Source: a virus (Duplodnaviria > Caudoviricetes). From it: DNA of 64,000 nt. Below are positions 40,814 through 51,260 of this stretch, piece after piece (positions within the stretch are counted from its first letter, which is position 1; each line of letters starts with the position of its first letter). Made by a program: the position numbers and the translations under genes. The stretch is from the IMG/VR virus record IMGVR_UViG_3300009108_000480; one strand, written 5' to 3'. The notes below the pieces were generated by a model. That model worked only from the letters and a program-made list of their open reading frames with translations, searched no databases and had not been told where the DNA came from.

Positions 40814-43461
40814 TAATGTAATCTCCTAAATTCTACGTCTACTTTACTATAATCTACTATATAAAAACCTGTATCTGTCATTTCTTTTGCCCATGGAACT
40901 TCTTGTGCTATTACACCTTGATACATTCCATCTAAGTGTTTATATTTAAATGAATAAATGTTGGTACCTAACTGTGACTTACCAATTAATTGTATATCTT
41001 CTTTTAACCGTACATCACTAAAAAATTTCGTTATATGACCTATACCTGCTGATGCCCAATTTCCTACTTTAGCAAAATTAGTCGCTATCTTAGCCATAAA
41101 AGCTCCTTGTACAGGAGTTCCGGTACCATGTAACGATTTTCCTATATAACCTGATCTTCCTATTCCAAATTTTTGAGCTAACGAAGTTATTTGTGTTACT
41201 CCTGTAATATTTCCTGCCATAACATTTTTATAAACGTTTGTCACAGCACCAGCATCTTTGAAAATTGAACCAACTGATGACGCTGAAATTACTCCTGTTA
41301 TTTTGTCATTAACTATATTAGTCACGTATGATGTAGCTAAAGATTTTGCATTATCTTTTACGTATTGTAGCTCGTTTATTTTGCCGTGTACTGATTGTCC
41401 TATTGAAAACAATTGTCCAGTTTGATTAACAAATATATTATCTTTAAATAAATTTGTTGCTTTACCAGATACTGATTCAATAACTTGATTTGTTAAAGTA
41501 TTTGTAAAATTATTTTTAATAGTATTTTTAGTATCACTTAATGAGAAATTTTGAATTTTATTAGATATACTTTTTGCCGTGTCCCAACGATCTCCAGTTT
41601 GACTTACAACATTAAAAGTTTTGTCATATTTTGTTCCGTAAGTTTCTAATAATTGTTTAGCTTTTTTAACACTAGTTGAATTTCCCATTTCTTTTTTTAA
41701 ATATCTTTCTGCGTCTGCCTGCCATTGTCCTAATCTAATAGATTCTATACTTGAAGTTCTATTTCTTTGTTCTACAAATTCTACTGTTCCTGGTGTTGAA
41801 CTTAATCTAGACCACATTTTTGTATCCATTTTGTCATCATCTATTTGAGACGGTACTACTCCTTGACTTGAAAATCCAGAAAATCTTGGCATTGGTTCAT
41901 GTGTAACAAGTCTATGTACAGTGGTTTTTGTTTTTCTTGTAAAAGATTGTAAAGGTTCTAAACCTTTCTTAGACAATTCAACATCACCTTCTTCTCTTGG
42001 CAACATTCCTGTTTGTTCTTTACTCAACCAAGTTGGTCCCCAAGATGAACTTGCACCTATTGAATTAAGGTGTACTTGTGATCCTGCTAAATGAACTGGG
42101 CCGCCTGCGCCATGTAATTGCTGATTGTCTGAATATGATAGAATTCCTGACTTACCATATGTCATAACAGGACCTTGTTGTGAAGATGTAAAAACTCCTT
42201 TATCTCCCATATGCATCTGATAATCTGCAGATGTAATAATTTGTCCAGGAGATGCTGGAATTTTTACATCACCTTTGGCTTTATGTCCTTTTGTAACTGC
42301 AATATCGGTATCTTTATAAAGTACTTCATCCGTTCCTGTGGCCGCCATTCTAATTTCATTTCCAGCACTCATATTAATATTTGCATCACTATGTAAATTA
42401 AAATCACCTTCTGTTCTTAAATTAATTCCTCCAACACCAGAATAAACGTCAATTCTACCTTCTTTGTTCATTTCAATCCAAGCATTACCTGAACCATTAG
42501 CAATATAAACAACACCATCGGTGTCGTGCATTAAAAGTTGATGTCCTGATGCTGTTCTTAATCTTACTAATTGATTATCTCCGGCGGCATCTCCGTCATC
42601 CATTGTAAAAACATGACCGGGATCTCTATCTGTTGGAATATATGCAGACCGACTTTCTTCAGTAACTAATATTGGTAATTTCCTACTGTCTGCTCTAATT
42701 CTACCTGGTGTGTTTATTCCAAATACTGCACTAGGAGCCTCTCTTTGTGCTGATGATGATGTTGTACCTCTAATACTATCTTGTACTAAACCTTGTTTCT
42801 TTAATAGTTCTGCACTTCTATCATTGACTGGTAATGTATAAGTGCTATAAGTTCCAATTTTTGCATTTGTATACATTACTCTATTAACTTCTCCGGCTGG
42901 TACATAATTTGTACCATAATCTTGTTTGGCTTCTTTTTTTGTTATTATATTTCGTCCTGCAGTTTTTTCTTGTACTCCTGTTTCAGGATTCAATATAAGA
43001 CCACTCCCTGTTTCTTCTGCTCCTGATTGTTCTGATGCCGCTAAACCCGGAACTTGATGGTTTGTTTGTGGTTGTTGTACACACCCTATCCAATATGCAT
43101 TTTCTTCTGTTTGGATTCCTTGTGCAAATATCACCATTACTGCTGTATCAATATCAGGTGGTACTGCCCACATACCATAAGAGTGAGAATTTGTTTTATA
43201 ATCATATGCATTTGTTGAACTAACTGCCTGTGGACTTTTAGAACCATAAAAAGGTGAAAGATAGCTACACCACATTAACTGACTAAAAATTGGATCGTCT
43301 GTACCAGTTCTTGCAGGAATATTCACACCTAATCTACCCATTTTTAATGGATCGTCGTTGCTTTTTACTATCCCTATATACGGTCCAGGACTTCGTTCGA
43401 CATATGACTTTAAGTCAGTTTTTTGATTTATACTAGATACGTCACCTCTATGATCTGTCAT
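40813..43461 (-). CDS. Baseplate hub/central spike (gp5/VgrG-like) with C-terminal Peptidase_S74-like chaperone
   Basis: OB-fold GIVK..DDPLKMGRL.V, RLRTASGHQLLMHD beta-helix, HEP motif, and C-terminal FSDVRLKEDI...GVIAQEV...VDY. Confidence 0.82.
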   Translation of the reverse strand: MTDHRGDVSSINQKTDLKSYVERSPGPYIGIVKSNDDPLKMGRLGVNIPARTGTDDPIFSQLMWCSYLSPFYGSKSPQAVSSTNAYDYKTNSHSYGMWAVPPDIDTAVMVIFAQGIQTEENAYWIGCVQQPQTNHQVPGLAASEQSGAEETGSGLILNPETGVQEKTAGRNIITKKEAKQDYGTNYVPAGEVNRVMYTNAKIGTYSTYTLPVNDRSAELLKKQGLVQDSIRGTTSSSAQREAPSAVFGINTPGRIRADSRKLPILVTEESRSAYIPTDRDPGHVFTMDDGDAAGDNQLVRLRTASGHQLLMHDTDGVVYIANGSGNAWIEMNKEGRIDVYSGVGGINLRTEGDFNLHSDANINMSAGNEIRMAATGTDEVLYKDTDIAVTKGHKAKGDVKIPASPGQIITSADYQMHMGDKGVFTSSQQGPVMTYGKSGILSYSDNQQLHGAGGPVHLAGSQVHLNSIGASSSWGPTWLSKEQTGMLPREEGDVELSKKGLEPLQSFTRKTKTTVHRLVTHEPMPRFSGFSSQGVVPSQIDDDKMDTKMWSRLSSTPGTVEFVEQRNRTSSIESIRLGQWQADAERYLKKEMGNSTSVKKAKQLLETYGTKYDKTFNVVSQTGDRWDTAKSISNKIQNFSLSDTKNTIKNNFTNTLTNQVIESVSGKATNLFKDNIFVNQTGQLFSIGQSVHGKINELQYVKDNAKSLATSYVTNIVNDKITGVISASSVGSIFKDAGAVTNVYKNVMAGNITGVTQITSLAQKFGIGRSGYIGKSLHGTGTPVQGAFMAKIATNFAKVGNWASAGIGHITKFFSDVRLKEDIQLIGKSQLGTNIYSFKYKHLDGMYQGVIAQEVPWAKEMTDTGFYIVDYSKVDVEFRRLH

Positions 43462-43464
43462 TTT

Positions 43465-45792
43465 CTATGGCACAGCGATTGCATCACTATGAACACCTCC
43501 TTGATTATTATCGTCTCTCTCAAGAAGAGATCCGTCTTTACCTATATCAAACTGTTTCGGAGGAGAACCAATTCCTTGTTGATTATTCAACCTTACAAGA
43601 TATAATACTTGTGTAAATTTTCCTGAATCCATTTTACTTTCTACTTTAGCAATTTGATACACTCCAGAAAACCATAAATTTGAATCTGCTGATAATTTTC
43701 CGTCCATTGTATCAAACATAGTACCTTGCTGTTCAATTATATCAGCTGGCATTCTATAATTAAGATGTAACAATGGCATTGCATTATCTAAATTAAAACA
43801 ATTTAATGTGTGATTCCATGCACCATCTGCCATCTGGCCTGGTTTTCTTGTTTCAACTGTTCCGTCAATAGTAACATACATATCTTGTGCAATATAACTA
43901 GGATCTCCTAAAATTTCCATTTCTATTTTCATCATATCTGCATTTGGATTTATAAGATAATCAAAAAATTCAGTTACCTTTATCTTTTCTGGATCTTCTA
44001 TATCCACTTGACTTTTTGAACCTATTATTGATGGATACGATCTTAATTGTGCAATTTCTGGTTGTGGTTCTGTTCCTATAATTTTTCTAAATATTTTCGT
44101 CCATTTTTTTATTATTTCCTGTGCTTTGTTCCCGGTGTTTCCAGCTATTACTGTATTTCTATGATAATATCCAACTTTGTAATTAAGCCGTAAATTCATT
44201 ATATCAATATTTTCTCCAGTATAGATATAATTGTATCGTTTTTTAACTTGCTTTATCCAATCAACTTTTCCTATACTCATACCTGGTACTAATAATTTTA
44301 AAATATGAAATTTGTATGGAATAACTTTGAATATAATAATTTTAGGATACATTTTAGTTATTGGGTCTACACCTTTTCCTTTTTCCAAATCTGTATGTAC
44401 ACTGGTTATTATTTTAAACCAAGGAATCATATGATTACGTTCAATTATTTCATTTAACTCTTCTTCATTCTCTTTATTCCAAGGTACATTAGATTGAACT
44501 TCCGATTTACTCCATCTACCTCTATCATTTTCGTTTAATATCTGGGAGCCTGTTAAAAATTCTAACCAAAAATCTTTTATTAAATCTTTAAAATAAGGAG
44601 TTGCCATCATTGCATCTTCAATAATTTTCATTATTGATGTATTAGCATTTACTGATGTTTTTGGAATTTTTCCTCCTATGCTTACCATTCTTTGGAAACC
44701 GGTTTCTTGCTTGTTACCTCGATTAACGCCTACTGGATGTGATGATTTTTTTGTAACCATTGTTGATAATGATGCCACATCTGCATCTAAAGCCAACGCG
44801 GCTAATTTTTCATCAAATACTATTTTATATTTGTCTTCATATCCTTTTGTTCTAGCTCCTTGTTTGACTTCGTCTTCCATTTGTTTTTCCATTTTTTCTG
44901 AAAACTCGTCTCCCCATTCTTTTAAAGTACCTTTTTGTAATGTAAATGATGTTCTTACAAATTGAAATCTATCCATCATGGCAAATTCTGCATGAGTTGC
45001 CGCTAATACTTGATATACTGCTCCGCCTTCGTTTACTTCAAATTCTACACGTGTAATTACTATTGGAATTTTTCTTACTAAACTATCCTCTTTATTTTCT
45101 ATTTCACCATTCTCAGTAAATCCTCTCCATTCTATCGTTAATAAAAAAGGTGCATCTTGATAATCCATATATCCACTTTCATATGCGGCCGCCCGAACTT
45201 TTTCTATAAATGTCACACTGTAAGGTTCATGCAATTCAAGATCCATTTTTGTAAAACTCATTGTATTTCTTTCTGCATTGGGAGAAACTGTAGAAGTAAT
45301 GTTAACGTTCTCAAAAAATATATCATGATTTCTATACAATATAGATTGTGATCCGGCGATATCACCAAACCCTTTTTTCTCCTTTTCCATAGTAGTTGCA
45401 TATATGTCAATACCTTTTTTTCCTTTTGTAGAAAACGGGTCTAATCCTGCTGTAGGATTATCTGGACCGATACCTGAACTACGTGCAATTATATTATGCA
45501 CAGGTTTAGTAAGATATTCTATTGGATTTCTTAATTCGTGTTCTGTTAATGCTGAAAGTGTAAACAAAGTACTATAACTAGCAAATTTATGTAAAGGATT
45601 TATATCATCAAAATTTGTTTTTCGATTAATATGTTTTTCTATAGTTTTTCCTTTTGATGGCGATGCTCCATTTACGTTATTTGAAAATTTATAATTCTTC
45701 CACCATTTTCGTGCTCTATCTATTTTTTGTTTGTATGCTAATGCATTTGATTTCTTTTTAAGTATGTTATGAGCTTTTTTTTGAATAGCCAT
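43465..45792 (-). CDS. Baseplate hub protein (gp27/gpD-like)
   Basis: NPLHKFASY, EPYSVTF.E, MEILGDPSYI and FSGVYQIAKVESK...FTQVLYLVR; adjacent to the spike gene. Confidence 0.7.
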   Translation of the reverse strand: MAIQKKAHNILKKKSNALAYKQKIDRARKWWKNYKFSNNVNGASPSKGKTIEKHINRKTNFDDINPLHKFASYSTLFTLSALTEHELRNPIEYLTKPVHNIIARSSGIGPDNPTAGLDPFSTKGKKGIDIYATTMEKEKKGFGDIAGSQSILYRNHDIFFENVNITSTVSPNAERNTMSFTKMDLELHEPYSVTFIEKVRAAAYESGYMDYQDAPFLLTIEWRGFTENGEIENKEDSLVRKIPIVITRVEFEVNEGGAVYQVLAATHAEFAMMDRFQFVRTSFTLQKGTLKEWGDEFSEKMEKQMEDEVKQGARTKGYEDKYKIVFDEKLAALALDADVASLSTMVTKKSSHPVGVNRGNKQETGFQRMVSIGGKIPKTSVNANTSIMKIIEDAMMATPYFKDLIKDFWLEFLTGSQILNENDRGRWSKSEVQSNVPWNKENEEELNEIIERNHMIPWFKIITSVHTDLEKGKGVDPITKMYPKIIIFKVIPYKFHILKLLVPGMSIGKVDWIKQVKKRYNYIYTGENIDIMNLRLNYKVGYYHRNTVIAGNTGNKAQEIIKKWTKIFRKIIGTEPQPEIAQLRSYPSIIGSKSQVDIEDPEKIKVTEFFDYLINPNADMMKIEMEILGDPSYIAQDMYVTIDGTVETRKPGQMADGAWNHTLNCFNLDNAMPLLHLNYRMPADIIEQQGTMFDTMDGKLSADSNLWFSGVYQIAKVESKMDSGKFTQVLYLVRLNNQQGIGSPPKQFDIGKDGSLLERDDNNQGGVHSDAIAVP

Positions 45793-45795
45793 GTA

Positions 45796-46095
45796 TTAAA
45801 CTCCTAAATCAGTTTGTACATTAGACTTTTTAGGTAACTGTATCGTAACTCCTGGCTTAAAATCATATATAGGATCTTCTATTTCATTAGGATTTCTTTG
45901 TGCAAATACCCACCATAGTCGAGGTGATCCATACAAATCAAATGCTAACAAATCTGGACGATATGCATAAGTTCTTTCTATTGTATAAGATTCATCATCT
46001 AATTCTGCTGTTATTGGTCTTGGTACTAAAATATCAAGTGCTGTATTGCTTTGTGTTGTAGCAAAATATGGTGACGTAGATGAATATTTGGTCAT
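45796..46095 (-). CDS. LysM-like baseplate wedge protein (gp53-like)
   Basis: YRPDLLAFDLYGSPRLWWVFAQRN...DPIYDF..G..I.LP motif. Confidence 0.8.
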   Translation of the reverse strand: MTKYSSTSPYFATTQSNTALDILVPRPITAELDDESYTIERTYAYRPDLLAFDLYGSPRLWWVFAQRNPNEIEDPIYDFKPGVTIQLPKKSNVQTDLGV

Positions 46096-46946
46096 TAAAT
46101 AAATCCTATTTGATTTTTGCCTCTCAACTTACCGGCCGCAAAATCTTTAAGTGAAAAGTTTTTAATACTTTCTCTAGAGTAAACTGGTGTTACTAATACT
46201 GAAATATTAGATATTGTTGGTGCCCACGTTTGATCTAATTTATTAGGATCAAATACTTTTTCGTCAGTATGTATATTTGTTGATTTTGAATATAGTGGAC
46301 TATGTGGTTGAAATTTTTGATCTTGTTGTGTTGAAATATAATCTATACCTGATCTTAATTCAACGTTAAATGTGTTCACAATAACTGGTGTATTTTGAAA
46401 CATATGATCACCATATCCATTTAAATGTAATATTGGTGGTGGATTACCTTTTAAACTTGATGTATCTTCTTTTCCAAAAAACATTTTAGTCACGGTTCTT
46501 AAAAAATTAACTACTGCTACCCAATATAAAGCATCTTGTTGATTCTGTACAGGAAACTCACCAATAATGTTCATTTGATCTACTTGTGAATTTTGGTATG
46601 CTTGAAATGGATAATTGCTATGTGTTTGTGCTAATGCGTTATAACTTGCAGTATGCTGTATCATCATTGATGGTGTAAGTGGCCAAAAAAATCCACCTAA
46701 ATCATGTAATGGTGCAAGTCGATTATTACCTAACTTTTGTTCATTGAAAAAAAAGTCTTTTAGTGGACCTGTTTGTGGTATTGTAAGACGAACTCTCCAG
46801 TCTCTTTCATCTTGTCTACCTGACCATGCGGCAGTGGCTCGTCTGATATGATCATGTCTTCCAATCCCAGAACCAAATAATCTACCTAATGTTCTATTCC
46901 AGACTGTTCCGCCTGCTTTACCCAATGCTTCTATAACTTTTGCCAT
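46095..46946 (-). CDS. Baseplate tail-tube initiator/cap (gp48/gp54-like)
   Basis: WPLTP, HSNYPF..YQNS, FLRTVTKMFFG...GNPPP..HLNGYG...PV.V..F motif. Confidence 0.65.
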   Translation of the reverse strand: MAKVIEALGKAGGTVWNRTLGRLFGSGIGRHDHIRRATAAWSGRQDERDWRVRLTIPQTGPLKDFFFNEQKLGNNRLAPLHDLGGFFWPLTPSMMIQHTASYNALAQTHSNYPFQAYQNSQVDQMNIIGEFPVQNQQDALYWVAVVNFLRTVTKMFFGKEDTSSLKGNPPPILHLNGYGDHMFQNTPVIVNTFNVELRSGIDYISTQQDQKFQPHSPLYSKSTNIHTDEKVFDPNKLDQTWAPTISNISVLVTPVYSRESIKNFSLKDFAAGKLRGKNQIGFI

Positions 46947-46953
46947 TTTTCCG

Positions 46954-46982
46954 TTGTGTTTCCTTGTTAAATTTCGTATACT
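46954..46982 (+). promoter_or_regulatory. Candidate sigma70-type promoter for gp55-gp47-gp46
   Basis: TTGTGT-N17-TATACT. Confidence 0.4.
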
Positions 46983-46989
46983 AAAACAA

Positions 46990-46997
46990 TATTTATA
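46990..46997 (-). promoter_or_regulatory. T4-type late promoter TATAAATA for the baseplate operon
   Basis: Exact match upstream of the 46946 start. Confidence 0.7.
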
Positions 46998-47079
46998 GGC
47001 ATCATTAAAGGCGCACTTAACTACTCATACGGCACACTTCAACAGACCTGTTTGTGGTCATCAGCAAAGATAAATTATT

Positions 47080-48060
47080 ATGAAACGAGTGAAATATTTA
47101 AATAACCGAGATCTGTTGGCCCAAATACACGCCAGCAAAAATACATTTTGTTCTTATGTTACAGATGAGGACTCACAATACGATATAATTGTACCTGATC
47201 TTAAAAAAATTAATTCTATCGCAATAGCAAAAGCAAGAAAAAACAAAAGTAAAAGATTAACACAAGAAGCATGGCAACAAGCTAAAGATAGCGGACTTAA
47301 AAAAATTAAATTAAGTGACTACACTGTAAACACTCGTAAAATTGATAAAACTAGTTTAGTATTTAGAGTTATGACATTTGGTCATGTTCCTTTAGATCCT
47401 ACTAGAAAGAAAAATCCTAAACAAGAATCTGATCATCATCAAAAAGTAAATTTTCCTCCGTTCCTTCATTATCGTCTTGATAATAAAGGTAAACCAAAAT
47501 GCGTAGGTAAATCACATTGGATTGGTGGATTAGAAAACGGACATTTTGATTGCAATCATGGAAAAATTACAAACAGTCTAGCAATGATGTTTATGAAACT
47601 TTGCGAAAGATATGGTACTAGAGCAAACTGGAGAGGATATACCTACAATGATGAAATGCAATCACAAGCATTGATGCAATTATCACAAATTGGTTTACAG
47701 TTTGATGAAAGCAAATCAGAAAATCCATTTGCATATTATACAGCGGCAATTACAAATTCATTTACAAGAATATTAAACATTGAAAAGAAAAACCAAAATA
47801 TACGTGACGACATTCTTGAGCAACATCATATGACGCCTTCGTCTACTCGACAAAATATTAATACATCTAATACAATGGCTTATAAAAAACATATAACAAC
47901 TGCACACGGACCGGTTAAAACTGTAAACAAAACTGGAATAATGAAATTAAACAAATTAATGCGTAAAAAAGGAGAATTAACACTTAAAGATTTTGATTCA
48001 GTAGGATACAAAAAAATAGATATGAGTAAACATAAACCACCAATAAAGAAAAAATACTAA
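47080..48060 (+). CDS. gp55: Late-transcription sigma factor, T4 gp55-like
   Basis: YLNNRDLL N-terminus; NWRGYTYNDEM...FDESKSENPFAYYT..I.NSF.R.LN.EKK motif. Confidence 0.88.
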   Translation: MKRVKYLNNRDLLAQIHASKNTFCSYVTDEDSQYDIIVPDLKKINSIAIAKARKNKSKRLTQEAWQQAKDSGLKKIKLSDYTVNTRKIDKTSLVFRVMTFGHVPLDPTRKKNPKQESDHHQKVNFPPFLHYRLDNKGKPKCVGKSHWIGGLENGHFDCNHGKITNSLAMMFMKLCERYGTRANWRGYTYNDEMQSQALMQLSQIGLQFDESKSENPFAYYTAAITNSFTRILNIEKKNQNIRDDILEQHHMTPSSTRQNINTSNTMAYKKHITTAHGPVKTVNKTGIMKLNKLMRKKGELTLKDFDSVGYKKIDMSKHKPPIKKKY

Positions 48061-48155
48061 TGAAATTTTTTAAAAAAATAAAAGAATATCTATGTAAAAT
48101 ATACAATAAATGTATCGATTGGTATTATTTAAAAATTTGGAGTAAATTTAAATGA
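48060..48155 (+). CDS. 31-aa peptide MKFFKKIKEYLCKIYNKCIDWYYLKIWSKFK
   Basis: Manual translation. TAATG overlap with the gp55 stop and ATGA overlap with the gp47 start; fills the intergenic gap exactly. Confidence 0.65.
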   Translation: MKFFKKIKEYLCKIYNKCIDWYYLKIWSKFK

Positions 48156-49174
48156 CATTTTTTAATAAGGTGGCTTGTTTTACAGATATACACTTTGGAT
48201 TAAAAGGTAATTCACGTGTACACAATGATGATTGTGAAGCATTTATTTATTGGTTTATTCAACAAGCTAAAGCACACAATTGTGAAACGTGTATATTTCT
48301 AGGTGACTGGCATCATCATAGATCTGCAACTAACGTTTCAACAATGAATTATACAGTATCTAATGTTGAACGATTAGCAAAAGCATTTAAAAACTTTTAT
48401 TTTATAAATGGTAATCATGATTTATTTTATAGAGATAAAAGAGAAATTAATTCAGTAGAATATATTAGAAATATTCCTAATGTCCATATAGTAAACGAAT
48501 GGATTGTAAAAGAAGATATTGCAATTATTCCATGGATAGTACAAGACGAATGGAAAAAAATTCAAACAATGCAAAAAAAATATATATTTGGACACTTTGA
48601 ACTTCCATATTTTAAAATGAACGCAATGGTAGATATGCCCGACATTGGCACAATTAAAACCGAACACTTTGCTAATTGTGAAAAAGTATTTTCAGGACAC
48701 TTCCATAAAAGACAGTACAACAAAAATGTAACTTACATTGGTAATACGTTTCCACACAATTACGCAGATGCTTGGGATGATGAACGTGGTATGATGATAC
48801 TAGAATGGGGTGGAGAACCAAAATATATTAATTGGCCAGATATGCCAAGATATAGAACAATTAAAATATCTGAACTCCTTGCTGATCCTGACACTGTATT
48901 AAAACCAAAAATGTATGTAAGAGTTACATTAGATATTAAAATATCTTACGAAGAAGCAAACTTTATACGAGAAACGTTTATAGACAAGTATGAATTAAGA
49001 GAATTACAATTAATACCAGAACAAATCGACAGGGCACAACAACCTTTGGTACAAGTACAAAAATTTGATTCAGTTGATCAAATTGTGTTAAAACAATTAG
49101 AAGGTGTTGATTCCGAAACATATGACAAATCAATTTTAATGGCAATTTATAATAATTTAGATGTTAATAATTAA
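48152..49174 (+). CDS. gp47: Recombination endonuclease subunit, Mre11/SbcD-like
   Basis: FTDIHFG, LGDWHH, GNHD, GHFE and SGHFH metallophosphoesterase motifs. Confidence 0.95.
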   Translation: MTFFNKVACFTDIHFGLKGNSRVHNDDCEAFIYWFIQQAKAHNCETCIFLGDWHHHRSATNVSTMNYTVSNVERLAKAFKNFYFINGNHDLFYRDKREINSVEYIRNIPNVHIVNEWIVKEDIAIIPWIVQDEWKKIQTMQKKYIFGHFELPYFKMNAMVDMPDIGTIKTEHFANCEKVFSGHFHKRQYNKNVTYIGNTFPHNYADAWDDERGMMILEWGGEPKYINWPDMPRYRTIKISELLADPDTVLKPKMYVRVTLDIKISYEEANFIRETFIDKYELRELQLIPEQIDRAQQPLVQVQKFDSVDQIVLKQLEGVDSETYDKSILMAIYNNLDVNN

Positions 49175-50936
49175 AGATCTTACAGTAAAAAATTTCATGA
49201 GCGTGGGTAATGCTATCCAGGCAATAAAATTTGATAACAAACACTTGATTCTAGTACTTGGTGAAAACATGGATTTGGGTGGCGACGATGCTGGTGCAAG
49301 AAACGGTACTGGTAAAACTACAATTATTAATGCATTATCTTATGTATTTTTTGGTGAAGCACTAACTCATATTAAAAGAGACAATCTTGTTAATAAAACC
49401 AATAACAAAGATATGATGGTTTCTATAAACTTTGTAAAAAATAATGTAACCTATACAATTGAACGTGGACGAAAACCTCAAATATTAAAATTTTATGCAA
49501 ATAATATTGAACAAAATGTAGATTCAAACGAGGCACAAGGAGAAAATAAAGAAACACAAAAAGAAATAAACAGATTACTTGGTATGACTCATGCTATGTT
49601 TAAAAACATAATTGCGTTAAACACATATACACAACCATTTCTTGCAACTAAACAAGCAGAACAAAGAGAAATTATTGAACAATTGCTTGGTATAACTTTA
49701 TTAAGTCAAAAAGCTGACTTACTTAAAGAACAACAAAAAGCAACTAAAACAGAATTATCCGAAGAAAAAATTAAAATTGATTCGCAAATTGCATCTAATG
49801 AAAAAATACAAGAATCAATTGAATCATTAAAAATAAGAAGTAATGCTTGGCAAACACAAAAAGAGGAAGATAAAACAGGTTTTTCAAAAGCAATTGCAGA
49901 ACTTGAAAAAGTTGATATTAATAAAGAACTAAATGCACACAAAAAACTTGCAAAACATACTGATGATGTAAAAACACTAAGAAGTTTGGAAAAAGAAAAA
50001 GCATATCATGAAGATTCTTTAACTAAAGCACAAACACAAGTTGAAAAAACTGAAAAGGACATTGAATTTGCCAACGATGCTAAATGTCCAACGTGTGGAC
50101 AAGATCTACGTGATGACAAACACAAACATTTAGTAAATGAACTAAATTCTACACTAACTGAATCAAAACAATATGCGGAAAAACTAAAAAGTGATCTTGT
50201 AAATGTGCAACAAAATGTTACTGCAATAGGAGATCTTGGTATTATACCTGACACATATTACGACACCATTGATGAAGCATATAATCATAAAAGTTCTTTA
50301 TCAGATTTAAAAAGACAACTAAAACAAACAGAAACTAAACACGATCCTTACGAAGAACAAATTATTGAATTAAACAAAAGTGCTATTCAGAAAATTAGTT
50401 ATGTAAAAGTAAACGAAATGGAAGACTTATATAAACACCAAGACTTTTTATATAAATTGTTAACTGCAAAAGATTCGTTTATAAGAACAAGAATTATTGA
50501 ACAAAACTTAACTTATTTGAACCAACGATTAGCATATTATTTAGGACAGGTAAGATTACCACATACAGTTACTTTCCAAAGTGACTTAACTGTACAAATA
50601 GAAGAATTAGGTAGAGAATTAGACTTTGACAATTTAAGTAGAGGCGAAAGAAACAGATTAATATTAAGTTTAAGTTGGGCATTTAGAGATGTTTGGGAAA
50701 GCCTTTATCAACAGATCAACTTATTGTTTATTGACGAACTTGTAGACGCCGGTATGGATATATCTGGTGTTGAATCAGCCATGGCAGTATTAAAAGACAT
50801 GAGCAGAACACAACAAAAGAATATTTTCTTAATATCTCATAAAGATGAACTGATTTCTAGGGTAGATTCAGTACTAAAAGTGGTAAAAGAAAATGGTTTT
50901 ACCAGTTATGCTAATGATGTTGAAATAATTGTTTAG
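49161..50936 (+). CDS. gp46: Recombination ATPase, Rad50/SbcC-like
   Basis: NGTGKTT Walker A, CPTC zinc hook, LSRGE signature, FIDE Walker B, ISH. Confidence 0.95.
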   Translation: MLIIKDLTVKNFMSVGNAIQAIKFDNKHLILVLGENMDLGGDDAGARNGTGKTTIINALSYVFFGEALTHIKRDNLVNKTNNKDMMVSINFVKNNVTYTIERGRKPQILKFYANNIEQNVDSNEAQGENKETQKEINRLLGMTHAMFKNIIALNTYTQPFLATKQAEQREIIEQLLGITLLSQKADLLKEQQKATKTELSEEKIKIDSQIASNEKIQESIESLKIRSNAWQTQKEEDKTGFSKAIAELEKVDINKELNAHKKLAKHTDDVKTLRSLEKEKAYHEDSLTKAQTQVEKTEKDIEFANDAKCPTCGQDLRDDKHKHLVNELNSTLTESKQYAEKLKSDLVNVQQNVTAIGDLGIIPDTYYDTIDEAYNHKSSLSDLKRQLKQTETKHDPYEEQIIELNKSAIQKISYVKVNEMEDLYKHQDFLYKLLTAKDSFIRTRIIEQNLTYLNQRLAYYLGQVRLPHTVTFQSDLTVQIEELGRELDFDNLSRGERNRLILSLSWAFRDVWESLYQQINLLFIDELVDAGMDISGVESAMAVLKDMSRTQQKNIFLISHKDELISRVDSVLKVVKENGFTSYANDVEIIV

Positions 50937-50943
50937 ATTTTAC

Positions 50944-50973
50944 TTGACAAACTCATATCATACGTGCTTTAAT
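50944..50973 (+). promoter_or_regulatory. Sigma70-type promoter for the histone-like gene
   Basis: TTGACA-N18-TTTAAT with an extended -10 TGn. Confidence 0.6.
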
Positions 50974-51013
50974 TACAGATATGTTAATTAACTATACAAA
51001 AGGACAATAAATT

Positions 51014-51205
51014 ATGTCACAAACACACGAATCAATAATGGCGGAGATTCAAAACTACTCTGAGGAGAACCAAAAGTTCACAGAGAAAGGTGTTAAGGCA
51101 AGTGCCACTAGAGCTCGTAAAGCATTAGCGGCTTTGTCAAAACTAATCAAAGCTAGAAGAAAAGAAATTCAAGAGGCAAAGAACGCGGCAAAAAAAGCGG
51201 CGTAA
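51014..51205 (+). CDS. Histone H1/Hc1-like basic DNA-binding protein
   Basis: KFTEKGVKASATRARKAL..L.KLIK.RRKEIQE motif; Lys/Ala-rich tail. Confidence 0.75.
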   Translation: MSQTHESIMAEIQNYSEENQKFTEKGVKASATRARKALAALSKLIKARRKEIQEAKNAAKKAA

Positions 51206-51229
51206 TTTACTAATTGGATCCAATTAAGG

Positions 51230-51260
51230 AAGCCTCTGCTTTTTAAGTGGAGGCTTTTTC
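51230..51260 (+). terminator. Intrinsic terminator between convergent genes
   Basis: AAGCCTC...GAGGCTT stem followed by a T-tract. Confidence 0.7.

Noticed and set aside
46998-47079. Riboswitch upstream of gp55
   Set aside because: Only one weak hairpin (GACC...GGTC) and no recognisable aptamer.
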